Positions 53,637-64,000 of a DNA stretch of 64,000 bases are shown here, piece after piece. The translations under genes were made by a program, and so were the position numbers. The stretch's first letter is position 1. Every line of letters begins with the position of its first letter. Below the pieces are notes generated by a model. It made no database searches and had not been told where the DNA came from. It worked only from the letters and a program-made list of their open reading frames with translations. This DNA comes from Candidatus Methanoperedenaceae archaeon (GTDB lineage Archaea > Halobacteriota > Methanosarcinia > Methanosarcinales > Methanoperedenaceae): positions 87,538 through 151,537 of the forward strand of contig CAVWCX010000023.1 of NCBI GenBank assembly GCA_963753595.1. The letters run 5' to 3'.

Positions 53637-54923
53637 ATGACTAAAAAGATCAAACTCTCTGAACTTGGAAGCCTGTTTGGGGGCGATGTTGAAGCCCTTG
53701 AAGGTGTAAAGATAGAAGGTGATGTTGAGATAGACCTCGGACAAATGGGTATGAATCCCCAGATGGCATATGCGTTAGGCCATGAGACTGCCCAGATGGC
53801 TCTCCACCTGATGAATATTTCAAGAATTCTGGGTTATCCCGTTGACCAGGTACTTGGAGGACAACAGGTTGCTCCAAAGAAGATAAGCAGGTTGGTCGAG
53901 TCTAAATTCAGCGTGGGAAAGATAGAGGAATGGAAAACTCCTATCCAGGAAGTTGTTCTCGGTGCAACTTCATCCGATGGTGGAAGCAGGAAGAGTACAA
54001 TAACACTTGGCGGGGAAAAATCCCTCCCATATTATTTTGACAGCCCCATGCCGCATCGCAATCATATTACAATGGACGTTTTTGATATGCCAATAAACAT
54101 GGCAAAAGCGGTGAAAGGCAATTACGAGGACGTTATCAATAGCCCTGCAGAATGGGCAAAGAAAGTCGTCCGGGATTTTGGGGCTGATATGGTCACAATT
54201 CATCTTATCAGTACTGATCCAAACATCAAAGACACATCTCCTGCCCAGGCGGCAAAAACCGTGGAAGAGGTCCTGCAGGCAGTGGATGTGCCTATTGTGA
54301 TAGGAGGTTCGGGTAATCCGGAAAAAGACCCGGCCGTTCTTGAGAAAGCAGCAGAGGTCGCTGAAGGTGAACGCTGTATTCTTGCATCAGCCAGTTTGAA
54401 CCTTGATTATGCAAGGATCGCTGAAGCAGCCAAGAAATATAATCACGTTGTGCTCTCGTGGACGCAGCTTGAGATAAACGCGCAGAAAGAACTTAACCGA
54501 AAGCTTATGAAACAGTGCGGTGTGGCACGGGAAAATATATTGATGGATCCGACGACTGCCGCTCTTGGATATGGGCTTGATTATGCTTATACTAATATGG
54601 AAAGGATAAGGCTTGCAGGCTTATCCGGCGATACTGAACTTAATTTCCCGATGTCAAGCGGTACCACAAATGCCTGGGGGGCGCGTGAAGCATGGATGAC
54701 AGCGTCACCTTTGAAGGAAGATTCTGACTGGGGACCTCGTGAGTATCGAGGACCTATCTGGGAAATAATCACGGGTTTGACATTATCGCTAGCGGGAAAC
54801 GACCTTTTCATGATGATGCACCCGACAGCGGTCCAGGTCCTGAAGGAAATCACACAGACATTATATGGTTTGAAAGAAACAGAGCCCCTTAATATTGATA
54901 ATTGGATCACGGCGGTGGTATAA
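53637..54923 (+). CDS. cdhD: ACDS corrinoid Fe-S protein small (delta) subunit
   Basis: [28 protein letters not shown] and NAWGAREAW motifs. Confidence 0.95.
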   Translation: MTKKIKLSELGSLFGGDVEALEGVKIEGDVEIDLGQMGMNPQMAYALGHETAQMALHLMNISRILGYPVDQVLGGQQVAPKKISRLVESKFSVGKIEEWKTPIQEVVLGATSSDGGSRKSTITLGGEKSLPYYFDSPMPHRNHITMDVFDMPINMAKAVKGNYEDVINSPAEWAKKVVRDFGADMVTIHLISTDPNIKDTSPAQAAKTVEEVLQAVDVPIVIGGSGNPEKDPAVLEKAAEVAEGERCILASASLNLDYARIAEAAKKYNHVVLSWTQLEINAQKELNRKLMKQCGVARENILMDPTTAALGYGLDYAYTNMERIRLAGLSGDTELNFPMSSGTTNAWGAREAWMTASPLKEDSDWGPREYRGPIWEIITGLTLSLAGNDLFMMMHPTAVQVLKEITQTLYGLKETEPLNIDNWITAVV

Positions 54924-56332
54924 TGAAAGTAAATAGTCCACTTCAAGTCTATAAATTCCTGCCACAGACAAATTGCGCAGAATGCGGTGAAGCAACGTGT
55001 ATGGCATTTGCGTCTCATCTCATTGACAGGTCAAAGAAAGTTGATAATTGCCCGCCCATACTAAAAGAAGGATTTAAGAAAAAATACCTGGAATTGGTGA
55101 CGCTTCTTGCTCCGGAGATACGCGAGATCACGATCGGTACTGGAGAACATGCAAAAAGGATCGGGGGGGATGATATTCTTTACCGTCACCAGTTGACTTT
55201 CTTTGATCCGACTGCATTAGCTTACGATGTCTGGGACACAATGCCTGAAAATGAACTTGTGGAAAGAGTAAACAAGATCCAGAATTTCAGGAAATTCTAT
55301 GTCGGGAAGTTCCTGAAAGTTGACATGATAGCCATAAGATGTGTTTCCGGTGATGCCCTTAAATTTGCCGCAGCCGTCAGGAAGGTAAGTGAGATCACAA
55401 AACTTCCATTGATACTCTGTTCATTTGATCCGGCTACTTTAAAAGCCGCACTTGAAGTCGTTAAAGATAAGAATCCGCTTATATATGCTGCAAATGAGAA
55501 AAACTGGAGTGAAGTTTCAGAACTTGCTTTGAATTATAAAGTTCCGGTGGTATTATTCTCATCAGACCTTGATAAGCTCAAATCCCTTGCCCTGACCTTC
55601 GGGGAAATGGGCATAAAGGATATTGTTCTTGATCCTGGTACTTATCCGCAGGGCAAGCAATTAAAGGAAACTTTTGAAAGGTTCATAAAACTTCGCCGCT
55701 CAGGAATAAAAGAAGGGCAAAAGGATATTGCATACCCTATCATGGCTGTTCCTCTTAACGCCTGGCTTGTTTATAAGGATACAGTGACTGCTTCTTACTG
55801 GGAAACGGTTCTTGCTTCGATATTTACTGTGAGGTACGGTGACATCATGATCCTTCACAGCCTTGAGCCGTATGCCATGCTGCCTGAAGTTCATATCCGG
55901 GATACGATCTATACAGATCCTCGAACACCAGTGAAAGTGGCGCCAGGAGTAAATGAGGTTGGTACTCCGACAAAGGATTCACCTGTGATAGTCACAACGA
56001 ATTTCGCCCTAACTTACTATACTGTGGAGAGCGACCTTTCTTCCAATAAGATAAACTGTTATCTGGCAGCGGTTGATACAGATGGAATAGGAGTTGAAGC
56101 AGCAGTTGCAGGCGGACAGCTAACGGCCGCCAAGATAAAAGATACATTCCAGAAGGCCAATTTCGAGTTCAAGGATAAAACCTCCCACGGTACCATTATT
56201 CTTCCGGGTCTTGCTGCAAGGCTGCAAGGGGATGTTGAGGATGTGACTGGACTTCGTGTGATGATAGGTCCGCCGGACTCAGGGAGAATTCCGGGCTGGA
56301 TGGAAAAGAATTGGCCTCCAAAACCAAAATAA
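54923..56332 (+). CDS. cdhE: ACDS corrinoid Fe-S protein large (gamma) subunit
   Basis: LPQTNCAECGEATCMAFA, IYTDP and TTNFALTY motifs. Confidence 0.95.
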   Translation: MKVNSPLQVYKFLPQTNCAECGEATCMAFASHLIDRSKKVDNCPPILKEGFKKKYLELVTLLAPEIREITIGTGEHAKRIGGDDILYRHQLTFFDPTALAYDVWDTMPENELVERVNKIQNFRKFYVGKFLKVDMIAIRCVSGDALKFAAAVRKVSEITKLPLILCSFDPATLKAALEVVKDKNPLIYAANEKNWSEVSELALNYKVPVVLFSSDLDKLKSLALTFGEMGIKDIVLDPGTYPQGKQLKETFERFIKLRRSGIKEGQKDIAYPIMAVPLNAWLVYKDTVTASYWETVLASIFTVRYGDIMILHSLEPYAMLPEVHIRDTIYTDPRTPVKVAPGVNEVGTPTKDSPVIVTTNFALTYYTVESDLSSNKINCYLAAVDTDGIGVEAAVAGGQLTAAKIKDTFQKANFEFKDKTSHGTIILPGLAARLQGDVEDVTGLRVMIGPPDSGRIPGWMEKNWPPKPK

Positions 56333-56448
56333 AAACAAGTTCACACCTTTTTTTACTTTTTACACACCTTTTTATCAATCAAATCTATATACTTTAAGAG
56401 TGTAATCAGTTAACAGACCCATAATGAGGTTCGAAAGAGGCATTTAAT

Positions 56449-57429
56449 ATGGTTAACGAAAAGTTAGCAGAGTTTGTAAAGACGTCAAAACCATCAGTGG
56501 CCGTAGTCGGGCTTGGTGGCGCAGGATGTAATATCACGACATGGATCGCAGAAAAAGGCATGGCGGGCGGAAAGATCATCGCAGCCAATACTGATGTAAA
56601 TCACTTAAGTACGATGAGCAAAGCAGATAAATTGGTTCTGCTGGGTGAGAAATTATGTAAGGGACATGGTTGCGGCGGATATCCGGAAATGGGTGCCCAG
56701 GCAACCAAAGAGAACATCACAGAAATCAGGGCTGAACTTGAGGGAACAAACCTTGTTTTCCTTGTAGCAGGATTGGGAGGAGGAACAGGTACAGGAGCAA
56801 TACCAGTAGTTGGTGAATTAACAAGAGAACTTGGCTGCCTCACAATTGCATGTGTAACAATTCCATTCAAGATCGAACAGTTCAGGAGAGAGAAGGCAAG
56901 AGAAGCTATTAAAGCGCTCTCTGCAAGCTGTGACGCAACAATTGTCATTGATAACGGAAAATTAAGAGAAGTTGCAGGCAACCTGCCATTAAAAGAGGCA
57001 CTTGCCGTAGCAAACGCACTTATAGGCGCATTTGTCAAGAACATTACCGAAACGATCACACAGCCAAGCTTGATCAACCTTGATTACGCAGACCTTCGCG
57101 CAGTAATGGAGCGGGGCGGAGTCTCAGCAATAGGCATTGGCGAAGGCGACGGTGAGGACAGAGTAGCAAAGGCAGTTTCACAGGCACTTGCAGTCCCATT
57201 GCTTGATATTTCCGATATGTCGGCAACCTATGGTGTATTGATCCACATTGTCGGTGGCGAAGACCTGACACTCGAAGAAGTAGCAGTTACCGGCGAATTG
57301 ATCATGGACAAAGTCCCTAATACCAAGAGAGTTATCTGGGGCGCAAAAGTCGATGACCAGCTCACAGGCAGAGTACGTGTAATGGCAGTCTTGACCGGTG
57401 TCAAGAGCCCATTCATGGAAGGACAGTAA
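56449..57429 (+). CDS. ftsZ: FtsZ-family GTPase lacking the C-terminal tail
   Basis: GLGGAGCN, GGGTGTG and INLDYAD motifs. Confidence 0.85.
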   Translation: MVNEKLAEFVKTSKPSVAVVGLGGAGCNITTWIAEKGMAGGKIIAANTDVNHLSTMSKADKLVLLGEKLCKGHGCGGYPEMGAQATKENITEIRAELEGTNLVFLVAGLGGGTGTGAIPVVGELTRELGCLTIACVTIPFKIEQFRREKAREAIKALSASCDATIVIDNGKLREVAGNLPLKEALAVANALIGAFVKNITETITQPSLINLDYADLRAVMERGGVSAIGIGEGDGEDRVAKAVSQALAVPLLDISDMSATYGVLIHIVGGEDLTLEEVAVTGELIMDKVPNTKRVIWGAKVDDQLTGRVRVMAVLTGVKSPFMEGQ

Positions 57430-57437
57430 AATTTGAA

Positions 57438-57476
57438 GTGATGTGATTAGATCACATCACATAATTTCTTTTTTTT
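57438..57476 (+). terminator. Hairpin plus T-tract after ftsZ
   Basis: GTGATGTGAT-tag-ATCACATCAC perfect 10-bp stem followed by a T run. Confidence 0.65.
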
Positions 57477-57517
57477 ATCAAAAATTATTTTAGTTACATT
57501 CACATATTAATACGTGG

Positions 57518-57721
57518 ATGAGTTCTATCTCGACTGAGGAAAATAACGAAAAAAAGCTCACAGTGGATGAGTATGTTCGCTATTTACGGATAAAAGGCCA
57601 TATCCAGAAGGTACTTGATGATGCGAATGTTAAAGAAACACTGCGCGATGCTGAGGAATCAATTAATGGTCTTACGATTGATGTGATTGTTAAATATTCT
57701 GTGAACAAGAAGAAATATTAG
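57518..57721 (+). CDS. Small hypothetical protein
   Basis: 67-aa ORF with protein-like composition in an otherwise empty gap. Confidence 0.55.
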   Translation: MSSISTEENNEKKLTVDEYVRYLRIKGHIQKVLDDANVKETLRDAEESINGLTIDVIVKYSVNKKKY

Positions 57722-58965
57722 ATTCCTGTCTTGAACCTCAATATCGCAGCTATCCCGCCAAATGCATTCAAAAGCTGGTTTCCTTCTTCAAAATCACTTG
57801 AAATGAAAGCGATGTTAGTTCCCATCTGGTCAGCAATACTTGATAACTCCTCTACGATATCTACGGATTCTGCAACCCTGAGGCTCGACCCGCACTTTGT
57901 ACAATTTCCCGGCTGGTATTCATTATCTCCGAGTTTCTTTGTAAGGGTCTTTTTTTCTTCAAAATCGCAATTCCCGCATTTTATTGTAAGCCGTACTTTT
58001 CGCAGTTCATCAGAAAGCAAAAGCGTCTCTACTGACCCCATCTGGAGGTTTTTCCTGACCTGTTCCTCACCATAAGAAGCAAGACCGGTGTCGTTCACCA
58101 GATCTCGCAGGAACATCTCCATGTGTTTTTTCTCCTTTACAACATCAACATCCGATAGTACGTCTCCAAGTTGATCGAAAAGTTCAGTCAAACCCGATTC
58201 ATCAGTGTTAGCAACATCGAAAAGACCCAGTATCTTTTTCTGGATCTCGTGATGTAGATATTCCCCTGCTTCGAACTCTTCTTTCGTGGGTGATGGTCCT
58301 CCTATGAAGACACCCTGGAAATCCTTGTGGTCAATTGCAATAAAGACGGCACTTGCAGCCTCAGCTATGCGGGTGTAGAAATCATTAATGGCAATAAGAC
58401 GAAGCTGCTGGAACCTGTGTGAACTCTGGCCTCCCTTTCGCTGTTTACCAGGGACATTAGATGTAAGATGTGCCATTTCTTCGATATGTTTTCCTTTCAA
58501 TAAGCCAACCGTTGCCTCCCGCCTGTCTAGAACCAGGAGACCATAGGTCTTTTGCTCGTGAAGCATCTCCTCAAGCGGAGTTAGCAGGAAAGATGAGTCA
58601 CAGTGATATTTGTATGAAACTATGGGTTCAGGCGGCTCAATAATAATTGTCTGCATATCTGTCTTATTGGCGCCGATGTCAACAGCCCCGCAAAAAATGA
58701 CAACGCCGTTAACAGGAGCCTTTGGTATGAGTTTTAGTCTTGAAAGCAATGATTCAATGGCGCCCTGGACGTTTTGCTTTGTCACTCTGGATTTGATGTT
58801 GGACGCCTGTCCGAATTCATCCCTGAGCTGGCTTGTGATGTCATGTATCTGCTTGTCATGCGGGATATAAAGCGAGATAAGTTCAGTGCCCCTGCCGCGT
58901 TTATCGCGAAGAGCCTCAAGCGTCCTTTTGAATTCATATTTTTTATGTGCGTCTGATTCGACCAT
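57718..58965 (-). CDS. prf1: Peptide chain release factor aRF1
   Basis: GTELISLYIP, NIKS, Y.CDS.F and GGQS motifs. Likely start is ATG 58965. Confidence 0.96.
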   Translation of the reverse strand: MVESDAHKKYEFKRTLEALRDKRGRGTELISLYIPHDKQIHDITSQLRDEFGQASNIKSRVTKQNVQGAIESLLSRLKLIPKAPVNGVVIFCGAVDIGANKTDMQTIIIEPPEPIVSYKYHCDSSFLLTPLEEMLHEQKTYGLLVLDRREATVGLLKGKHIEEMAHLTSNVPGKQRKGGQSSHRFQQLRLIAINDFYTRIAEAASAVFIAIDHKDFQGVFIGGPSPTKEEFEAGEYLHHEIQKKILGLFDVANTDESGLTELFDQLGDVLSDVDVVKEKKHMEMFLRDLVNDTGLASYGEEQVRKNLQMGSVETLLLSDELRKVRLTIKCGNCDFEEKKTLTKKLGDNEYQPGNCTKCGSSLRVAESVDIVEELSSIADQMGTNIAFISSDFEEGNQLLNAFGGIAAILRFKTGI

Positions 58966-59133
58966 TAGATTAAGCTCCTTCCAAGCTATCGGAAGATGTG
59001 GTTCTTCAATATCTGCTATCATAGATAAATGTTGAGTCTTTTATGCGACAAAACATAACCACAATATTATGAAAAAAATAAGATATTCAGGAAATATAAA
59101 AATGAAAAATAAATATTGAACTAAATATTGTTC

Positions 59134-59487
59134 TTATTGATATACCTGTTTCTCCGCAATATCACCAATCATAGGTAATTTATATTTTTCTCCCTGATAC
59201 GCTTTATACATCAGGAATATGAAAACAATTAATCCCAACATCCATACCAGAGGTATAAGTGCAAATAATATCCAAACGAAAGACGCTATTGCCGATAACA
59301 CTGCCGCTATTACAATCAAAACGACAAATGTAATTGCTGATTGCATAGCATGAAATCTGACGAACTTATTATCTTTCTCTAATACCAAAAGTAAGATTGC
59401 CGACAGGATTCCTCCAAGGTAGCACAGTACTCCTACTATGTTCCCTTTCACTACACCTGTATCTTCTACAACTGTTTTTTCCAACAT
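59134..59487 (-). CDS. DUF4870 family membrane protein
   Basis: EKDNKFVRFHAMQS and KAYQGEKYKLP.IG motifs. Confidence 0.88.
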   Translation of the reverse strand: MLEKTVVEDTGVVKGNIVGVLCYLGGILSAILLLVLEKDNKFVRFHAMQSAITFVVLIVIAAVLSAIASFVWILFALIPLVWMLGLIVFIFLMYKAYQGEKYKLPMIGDIAEKQVYQ

Positions 59488-59513
59488 ATTATTTCCTCCT
59501 TTTATGTAGTTCC

Positions 59514-59912
59514 TTACTTAGGTTGGGACATGTCAAGTTTGTTTATTACTTTTCCTGATTTATCTTTAGTGATCATAACGAGATAGCTAGAATCTTCATT
59601 GAAGTATTGTATCATGGATCCCTCATTACTGGTCCATTCTGATTCACAAACTGATTTTCCTTCATAGTTAACTATTCCCTTGATCTCAAACGATCCCTGT
59701 TCTCCATTTGGACCTGTAGATGTCATTTTTGTTCCTGCTTTACACCAATCCGGTCCAGAACCTGAGCCTTGCGATACTTTTACTTCTCCATCCGGAGTTG
59801 TGATGGTCTGTTCTTTACCTGTACATCCTGCAAACGCTATCAATAATATTATTGATAAAATCATTAAGACTTTAACGTTTTTACCTGTTTTTGTGCCTAT
59901 ATCTGTTATCAT
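59514..59912 (-). CDS. Putative lipoprotein
   Basis: FAGC lipobox. GGAGG RBS before ATG 59912. WC..G and second Cys. Confidence 0.7.
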   Translation of the reverse strand: MITDIGTKTGKNVKVLMILSIILLIAFAGCTGKEQTITTPDGEVKVSQGSGSGPDWCKAGTKMTSTGPNGEQGSFEIKGIVNYEGKSVCESEWTSNEGSMIQYFNEDSSYLVMITKDKSGKVINKLDMSQPK

Positions 59913-60164
59913 ATTTCCTCCTGAATTTGTGATCCTGAGCACACCATTTATTGGAACTGTTTTCTATTGATTCCCTTTAGAAATCAATGATGTTTGAACA
60001 GATTACTATATAAAATTATTGTCAACTAAAAATAATAAATATGTACACGATACTTGTTATAATCATAGACTTTCCATGAATCAACGAAACATCATTGGAG
60101 TGTCTGGAACATGGATTTGTAAGCAGTAAAATTCATATTGGATTAACACAGTGTTAATGAAAGA

Positions 60165-60368
60165 ATGACTATATTAGAAGGATACAAATCATTTTTCGAA
60201 GCCGAAGAGGACACGAATCTTGCTGCTTCAAAGAAAAAGGATGGCATGTTCTTTATTTTTCGCTCGATAGAGGCCTGGAAAGAAGAGAAATGCAAGGAAG
60301 AGGACATTCCGGTAAAAGAACTTGTTCTAAATGAGTTTACAAAGAACAGGTTTATTGCACATCCCTGA
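60165..60368 (+). CDS. Small hypothetical protein
   Basis: 67-aa ORF upstream of the KaiC-like gene. Confidence 0.45.
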   Translation: MTILEGYKSFFEAEEDTNLAASKKKDGMFFIFRSIEAWKEEKCKEEDIPVKELVLNEFTKNRFIAHP

Positions 60369-60436
60369 TTTTTGGTTATTTTTACAGTTAAATATTTATA
60401 TTGTTAAATCATTGCACCACATATAGTGAGAAATGA

Positions 60437-61204
60437 ATGGGCAAAGTAAAAACTGCTATCCCTGGCCTTGATGAATTGATCGAAGGAGGTTATGTCGAGT
60501 ATGATGTTATTCTTGTGACCGGAGGTCCCGGCTCCGGAAAAACCACTTTCGGAGTTCAATATCTTGTGGAGGGTGCAAGAACTTTTAATGAGCCCGGAGT
60601 ACTTGTTTGCATGGAGGAGACCCCTTCAAGGATAATCCGGGATATGTGGAGATTTGGCTGGGAAATGGAGAAACTCATATCCCAGAAGAAGCTGAAAATA
60701 ATTTATGCAAATCCTTTCACCTACACAAAATTCGTAAAAACACTGCAAGACAGGCCAGGCAATGTTATTGCTGCAAGAAAAAATATCGGCGATATATTTG
60801 AGCAGATCCAAACAGAAGTTGAAGATATCCATGCAAAAAGAATATTTATCGATTCAATAACATCTCTTAAAATATCTCCTGACCAGTCAGAAGTCAGGCA
60901 TACGATATCTGAGTTTATCAAGAATCTTGAGTTTCTTGATTGCACTACGGTTTTATCAAGTGAAATGCAGGGAGAGCAATCATTCAATGTTGAAGAGTAT
61001 CTTTCTTCAGGTGTTATAAGACTTCATGTGTTCAGGGTGGAGGGAAACAGGGTAAAGGCAATCGAAATATTAAAGATGAGGGGCGTCAAGCATGATGAAA
61101 CTCTGCATCCTTATGAGATCAGGGAAAAAGGCATTGTCGTCTATCCGGGCGAGACCGTAATGAACGATGAGATCAGCCTTTTTGATGCCACTAGAAATAA
61201 ATGA
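60437..61204 (+). CDS. KaiC/RAD55-family single-domain ATPase
   Basis: PGLDELIEGG, GGPGSGKT, MEE, IDSIT and KMRG motifs. Confidence 0.9.
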   Translation: MGKVKTAIPGLDELIEGGYVEYDVILVTGGPGSGKTTFGVQYLVEGARTFNEPGVLVCMEETPSRIIRDMWRFGWEMEKLISQKKLKIIYANPFTYTKFVKTLQDRPGNVIAARKNIGDIFEQIQTEVEDIHAKRIFIDSITSLKISPDQSEVRHTISEFIKNLEFLDCTTVLSSEMQGEQSFNVEEYLSSGVIRLHVFRVEGNRVKAIEILKMRGVKHDETLHPYEIREKGIVVYPGETVMNDEISLFDATRNK

Positions 61205-61221
61205 CCTGGAGAATAAAACAG

Positions 61222-62379
61222 ATGTCCCTTACCTATAATGAAATAGTCAGTAAATATGAAAAGTATATATTCCAGACATATACACGCCAGCCCATAGCTA
61301 TAAAGAGTGCACAGGGTGCGCTTGTAACAGATGTTAATGGAAAAGAATACATTGATTGTGTGGCAGGGATTGCCGTAAATAATGTAGGACACTGCCATCC
61401 TGCAGTGGTAGATGCAATAAAAAAACAGGCAGAACAGTTAATTCACGTATCTAACCTGTATTATACCGAGAACCAGGCGCTTCTTGCCGAAGAACTTGCC
61501 GGCATTTCAGGGCTGGATCGTGTATTTTACTGCAATTCCGGCGCTGAGGCAGTAGAAGGCGCCCTGAAACTTGCCCGGAAGGCCTCTGGCAAAAAAGAGT
61601 TCATAGCCACAGAACATGCATTCCATGGACGCACTCGCGGTGCCTTGAGTGTCACGCATAAAGAAAAATACAGGAAACCTTTTGAACCGCTTGGTCCCGC
61701 GGTTTTTGTTCCCTATAATGATGCTAATGCCATAAGGTCGGCGATAACAGAGGATACCGCAGGTGTAATACTTGAACCGATACAGGGAGAAGGCGGAGTC
61801 ATTATCCCATCTGAAGGGTATCTTAAGGAAGTCAGGGAGATCTGCGATGAGAAAGGCGTTTACTTGATCCTTGATGAAGTACAGACCGGTTTTGGAAGGA
61901 CCGGGAAATGGTTCGCAAAAGAACATTCCGGTATAATCCCGGATATAATGACAACTGCAAAAGCAATGGGAGGAGGCCTCCCAATGGGTGCAATGCTTGC
62001 CTGTGAGGAAGTGGCTGCACATTTCGTTCGCGGTGACCACGCTTCAACGTTTGGCGGCGGAGCTCTTGCCTGTGCGGCGGCCCTGGCTAATATCGATGTG
62101 ATCAAAAAAGAAAAACTTGTGGAAAGATCATTTAATATGGGAAATTATCTTGTTTCGAAACTTCGCGGGCTCAATAAGGATTACGTTCTGGAAATACGGG
62201 GCAAAGGATTGATGGTTGGCATGGAACTTACCAAAAAGTGCGAGGACATTGTTGCAAAAGCAAGGGAAAATGGCGTTCTTCTTAACTGCACATCAGAATC
62301 AGTCCTTCGTTTTGTCCCGCCTCTTACCATCACAAAACAACAGCTAGATACGGTGGTGTCGGTGCTGGATGAGATTTGA
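61222..62379 (+). CDS. argD: Acetylornithine aminotransferase
   Basis: NSGAEA, FHGRT, EPIQGEGG, DEVQTGFGRTG and AKAMGGG motifs. Confidence 0.93.
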   Translation: MSLTYNEIVSKYEKYIFQTYTRQPIAIKSAQGALVTDVNGKEYIDCVAGIAVNNVGHCHPAVVDAIKKQAEQLIHVSNLYYTENQALLAEELAGISGLDRVFYCNSGAEAVEGALKLARKASGKKEFIATEHAFHGRTRGALSVTHKEKYRKPFEPLGPAVFVPYNDANAIRSAITEDTAGVILEPIQGEGGVIIPSEGYLKEVREICDEKGVYLILDEVQTGFGRTGKWFAKEHSGIIPDIMTTAKAMGGGLPMGAMLACEEVAAHFVRGDHASTFGGGALACAAALANIDVIKKEKLVERSFNMGNYLVSKLRGLNKDYVLEIRGKGLMVGMELTKKCEDIVAKARENGVLLNCTSESVLRFVPPLTITKQQLDTVVSVLDEI

Positions 62380-63460
62380 AGAACTGGTCAGGCCAACGGT
62401 AAAGGATATCAAGGAGTATGTACCCGGAAAATCCATCGAAGAAATAGCGAAAAAATACGGGCTTGATCCTGAGACCATAATCAAACTGGGTTCAAATGAG
62501 AATCCTCTTGGGCCATCACCTCTTTCTGTGGCGGCCATAAAAGAAAAAGCAGGAAGAGTCAACCTGTATCCCCAGGCGGATGCGCTTGAATTAAGGAGTG
62601 CCATTGGAAATTATGCCGGTTATCCAGCCAGTAACATCGTTGTCTCAGGGAATGGCATGGATGGGATCTTTGATACTATGATGAGGCTCTTTATGTCCCC
62701 AGGCGCCGAATCAATAATCCCGATACCAACTTTTTCCTATTATGAAATATCAACCCTTGCCAATGGAGGAAAACCTGTGTTCGTTGACAGGTATCCTGAT
62801 TTTTCCATTTCCACGGAAAATATCCTTGGAAAAGTAAATAAGAATACAAAAATGATATTTCTCTGTTCCCCCAACAATCCATCCGGGAATTCTATCTCAG
62901 AAAAGGATGCACGAAAAATCCTTGATTCTGTTGATGCTATCGTGTTCATAGACGAAGCTTATGTTGAATTTGCCGATAGCAGCATAACCGGGCTTGTCAG
63001 GGAATACCAGAATCTTATTGTCGGCCGCACTTTTTCAAAAGCGTTCGGGCTTGCCGGTATGCGCATGGGTTATGGGGTCGTTCCAGAATGGATAGCACGA
63101 GTTTATATGAAAGTAATGACGCCGTTCTCAATGGATGCTTTATCTGCTGCTGCCGGATCAGCTGCCCTTGGGGATAGGGACTATCTAAAAAAGAGCATCG
63201 AGACAGTGAAAAATGGGCGAATTCAACTTTCAGCCGCACTCGGGTCACTTTGCAAAGTATATCCAAGCGATGCTAATTTTATCATGATAGATGTATCTCC
63301 CCGCAGCGCAAAAGAAGTTTCTGAATCCCTGTTGAAAAAAGGTATAATAATCCGTGATTGCACGTCCTTCAGGGGCGCAGGTAATTCGTTGATACGGATA
63401 TCTGTGGGTACACAGGTACAGAATGAAAAAGTCATTGAAGCATTCCGTGAAATTTTATGA
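62369..63460 (+). CDS. hisC: Histidinol-phosphate aminotransferase
   Basis: KLGSNENP, PNNPSG, DEAYVEF and RTFSKAFGLAG motifs. Confidence 0.94.
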   Translation: MRFEELVRPTVKDIKEYVPGKSIEEIAKKYGLDPETIIKLGSNENPLGPSPLSVAAIKEKAGRVNLYPQADALELRSAIGNYAGYPASNIVVSGNGMDGIFDTMMRLFMSPGAESIIPIPTFSYYEISTLANGGKPVFVDRYPDFSISTENILGKVNKNTKMIFLCSPNNPSGNSISEKDARKILDSVDAIVFIDEAYVEFADSSITGLVREYQNLIVGRTFSKAFGLAGMRMGYGVVPEWIARVYMKVMTPFSMDALSAAAGSAALGDRDYLKKSIETVKNGRIQLSAALGSLCKVYPSDANFIMIDVSPRSAKEVSESLLKKGIIIRDCTSFRGAGNSLIRISVGTQVQNEKVIEAFREIL

Positions 63461-64000
63461 TAATTTCCCTGACAGGTACTCCAGGCACAGGAAAAACAAC
63501 TGTCTGTGAAGTTATCAGAGAGCATTCACAATACAGGAAGCAATTCATCGTAATAGATGTGAATAAAATCGTTCTTGATGAAAAAATCTACACTGGAAAA
63601 GACGAAGCCCGGGACACTTATGAAGCTGACATGGATAAGCTGCAAGTGCGCGTGGAACAGGAAATCGAAAAAAAACCTGCCGGCCCGGATATCATAATGG
63701 AAGGGCACCTGTCACATCTTTTGCCTGCAGATGCGGTTATCGTGCTGCGTGCGCATCCTATAGCCCTGAGAAAGCGCCTGGGAAAAAGGAAGAATTACTC
63801 ATTCAATAAAGTAAAAGAAAATGCTAATGCTGAGGCTCTGGATGTAATATTGGTGGAAGCGACACAGGGAAATAAGTGCGTTTTTGAGATAGATACTTCA
63901 AATATGAATCATCTGGCAGTTGTAAAATCAGTTATCTCAATAATTGAAGACATTAAACAGGGGAAGACGCCTGAAGAATTCCTGCCCGGGAAGATAAACT
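63457..64000 (+). CDS. Adenylate kinase AK6/Fap7 family (runs off the window end)
   Basis: Translated by hand: MIISLTGTPGTGKTT..EGHLSH..KVKENANAEAL. Confidence 0.88.
   Translation, partial: MIISLTGTPGTGKTTVCEVIREHSQYRKQFIVIDVNKIVLDEKIYTGKDEARDTYEADMDKLQVRVEQEIEKKPAGPDIIMEGHLSHLLPADAVIVLRAHPIALRKRLGKRKNYSFNKVKENANAEALDVILVEATQGNKCVFEIDTSNMNHLAVVKSVISIIEDIKQGKTPEEFLPGKIN

Noticed and set aside
60437-61204. KaiC as a circadian clock
   Set aside because: It is a single-domain RAD55/KaiC-like ATPase common in archaea, with no kaiA or kaiB nearby.
205-63708. Numerous antisense or overlapping ORFs in the six-frame track
   Set aside because: They overlap well-supported genes and show no recognisable motifs.

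Overview
Archaeal chromosomal window from a Methanosarcinales anaerobic methanotroph, most consistent with Ca. Methanoperedens (ANME-2d). The assignment is an inference from large multiheme cytochromes, a DUF1608-type S-layer protein, methanogenesis marker 14, ACDS delta/gamma and ArtA-Psd-PssA. Housekeeping blocks include aroA'/aroB', larC, class II RNR, PAN, the RNase P-proteasome-exosome superoperon, cdhDE, ftsZ, aRF1 and argD-hisC-AK6. They surround a ~16 kb minus-strand cell-surface cluster (14.4-30.1 kb) encoding an S-layer protein, a ~23-heme S-layer/cytochrome fusion, a ~17-heme cytochrome, an IS element, a secreted Zn-metallopeptidase, a lipoprotein and small secreted proteins. The main observation is a ~42-aa C-terminal EF-hand/dockerin-like module, highly similar at DNA level, on three unrelated secreted proteins (cytochrome, protease, mini-protein). 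The S-layer protein also carries an extra N-terminal beta-sandwich-like domain that could be its receptor, so this is a candidate cohesin/dockerin-like surface-docking system. Also present are nested 9-nt-period palindromic repeats, a 133-bp duplication flanking an inserted gene, near-identical S-layer repeats, and seven single-base frameshifts that are probably sequencing errors. No rRNA, tRNA or CRISPR array was recognised.
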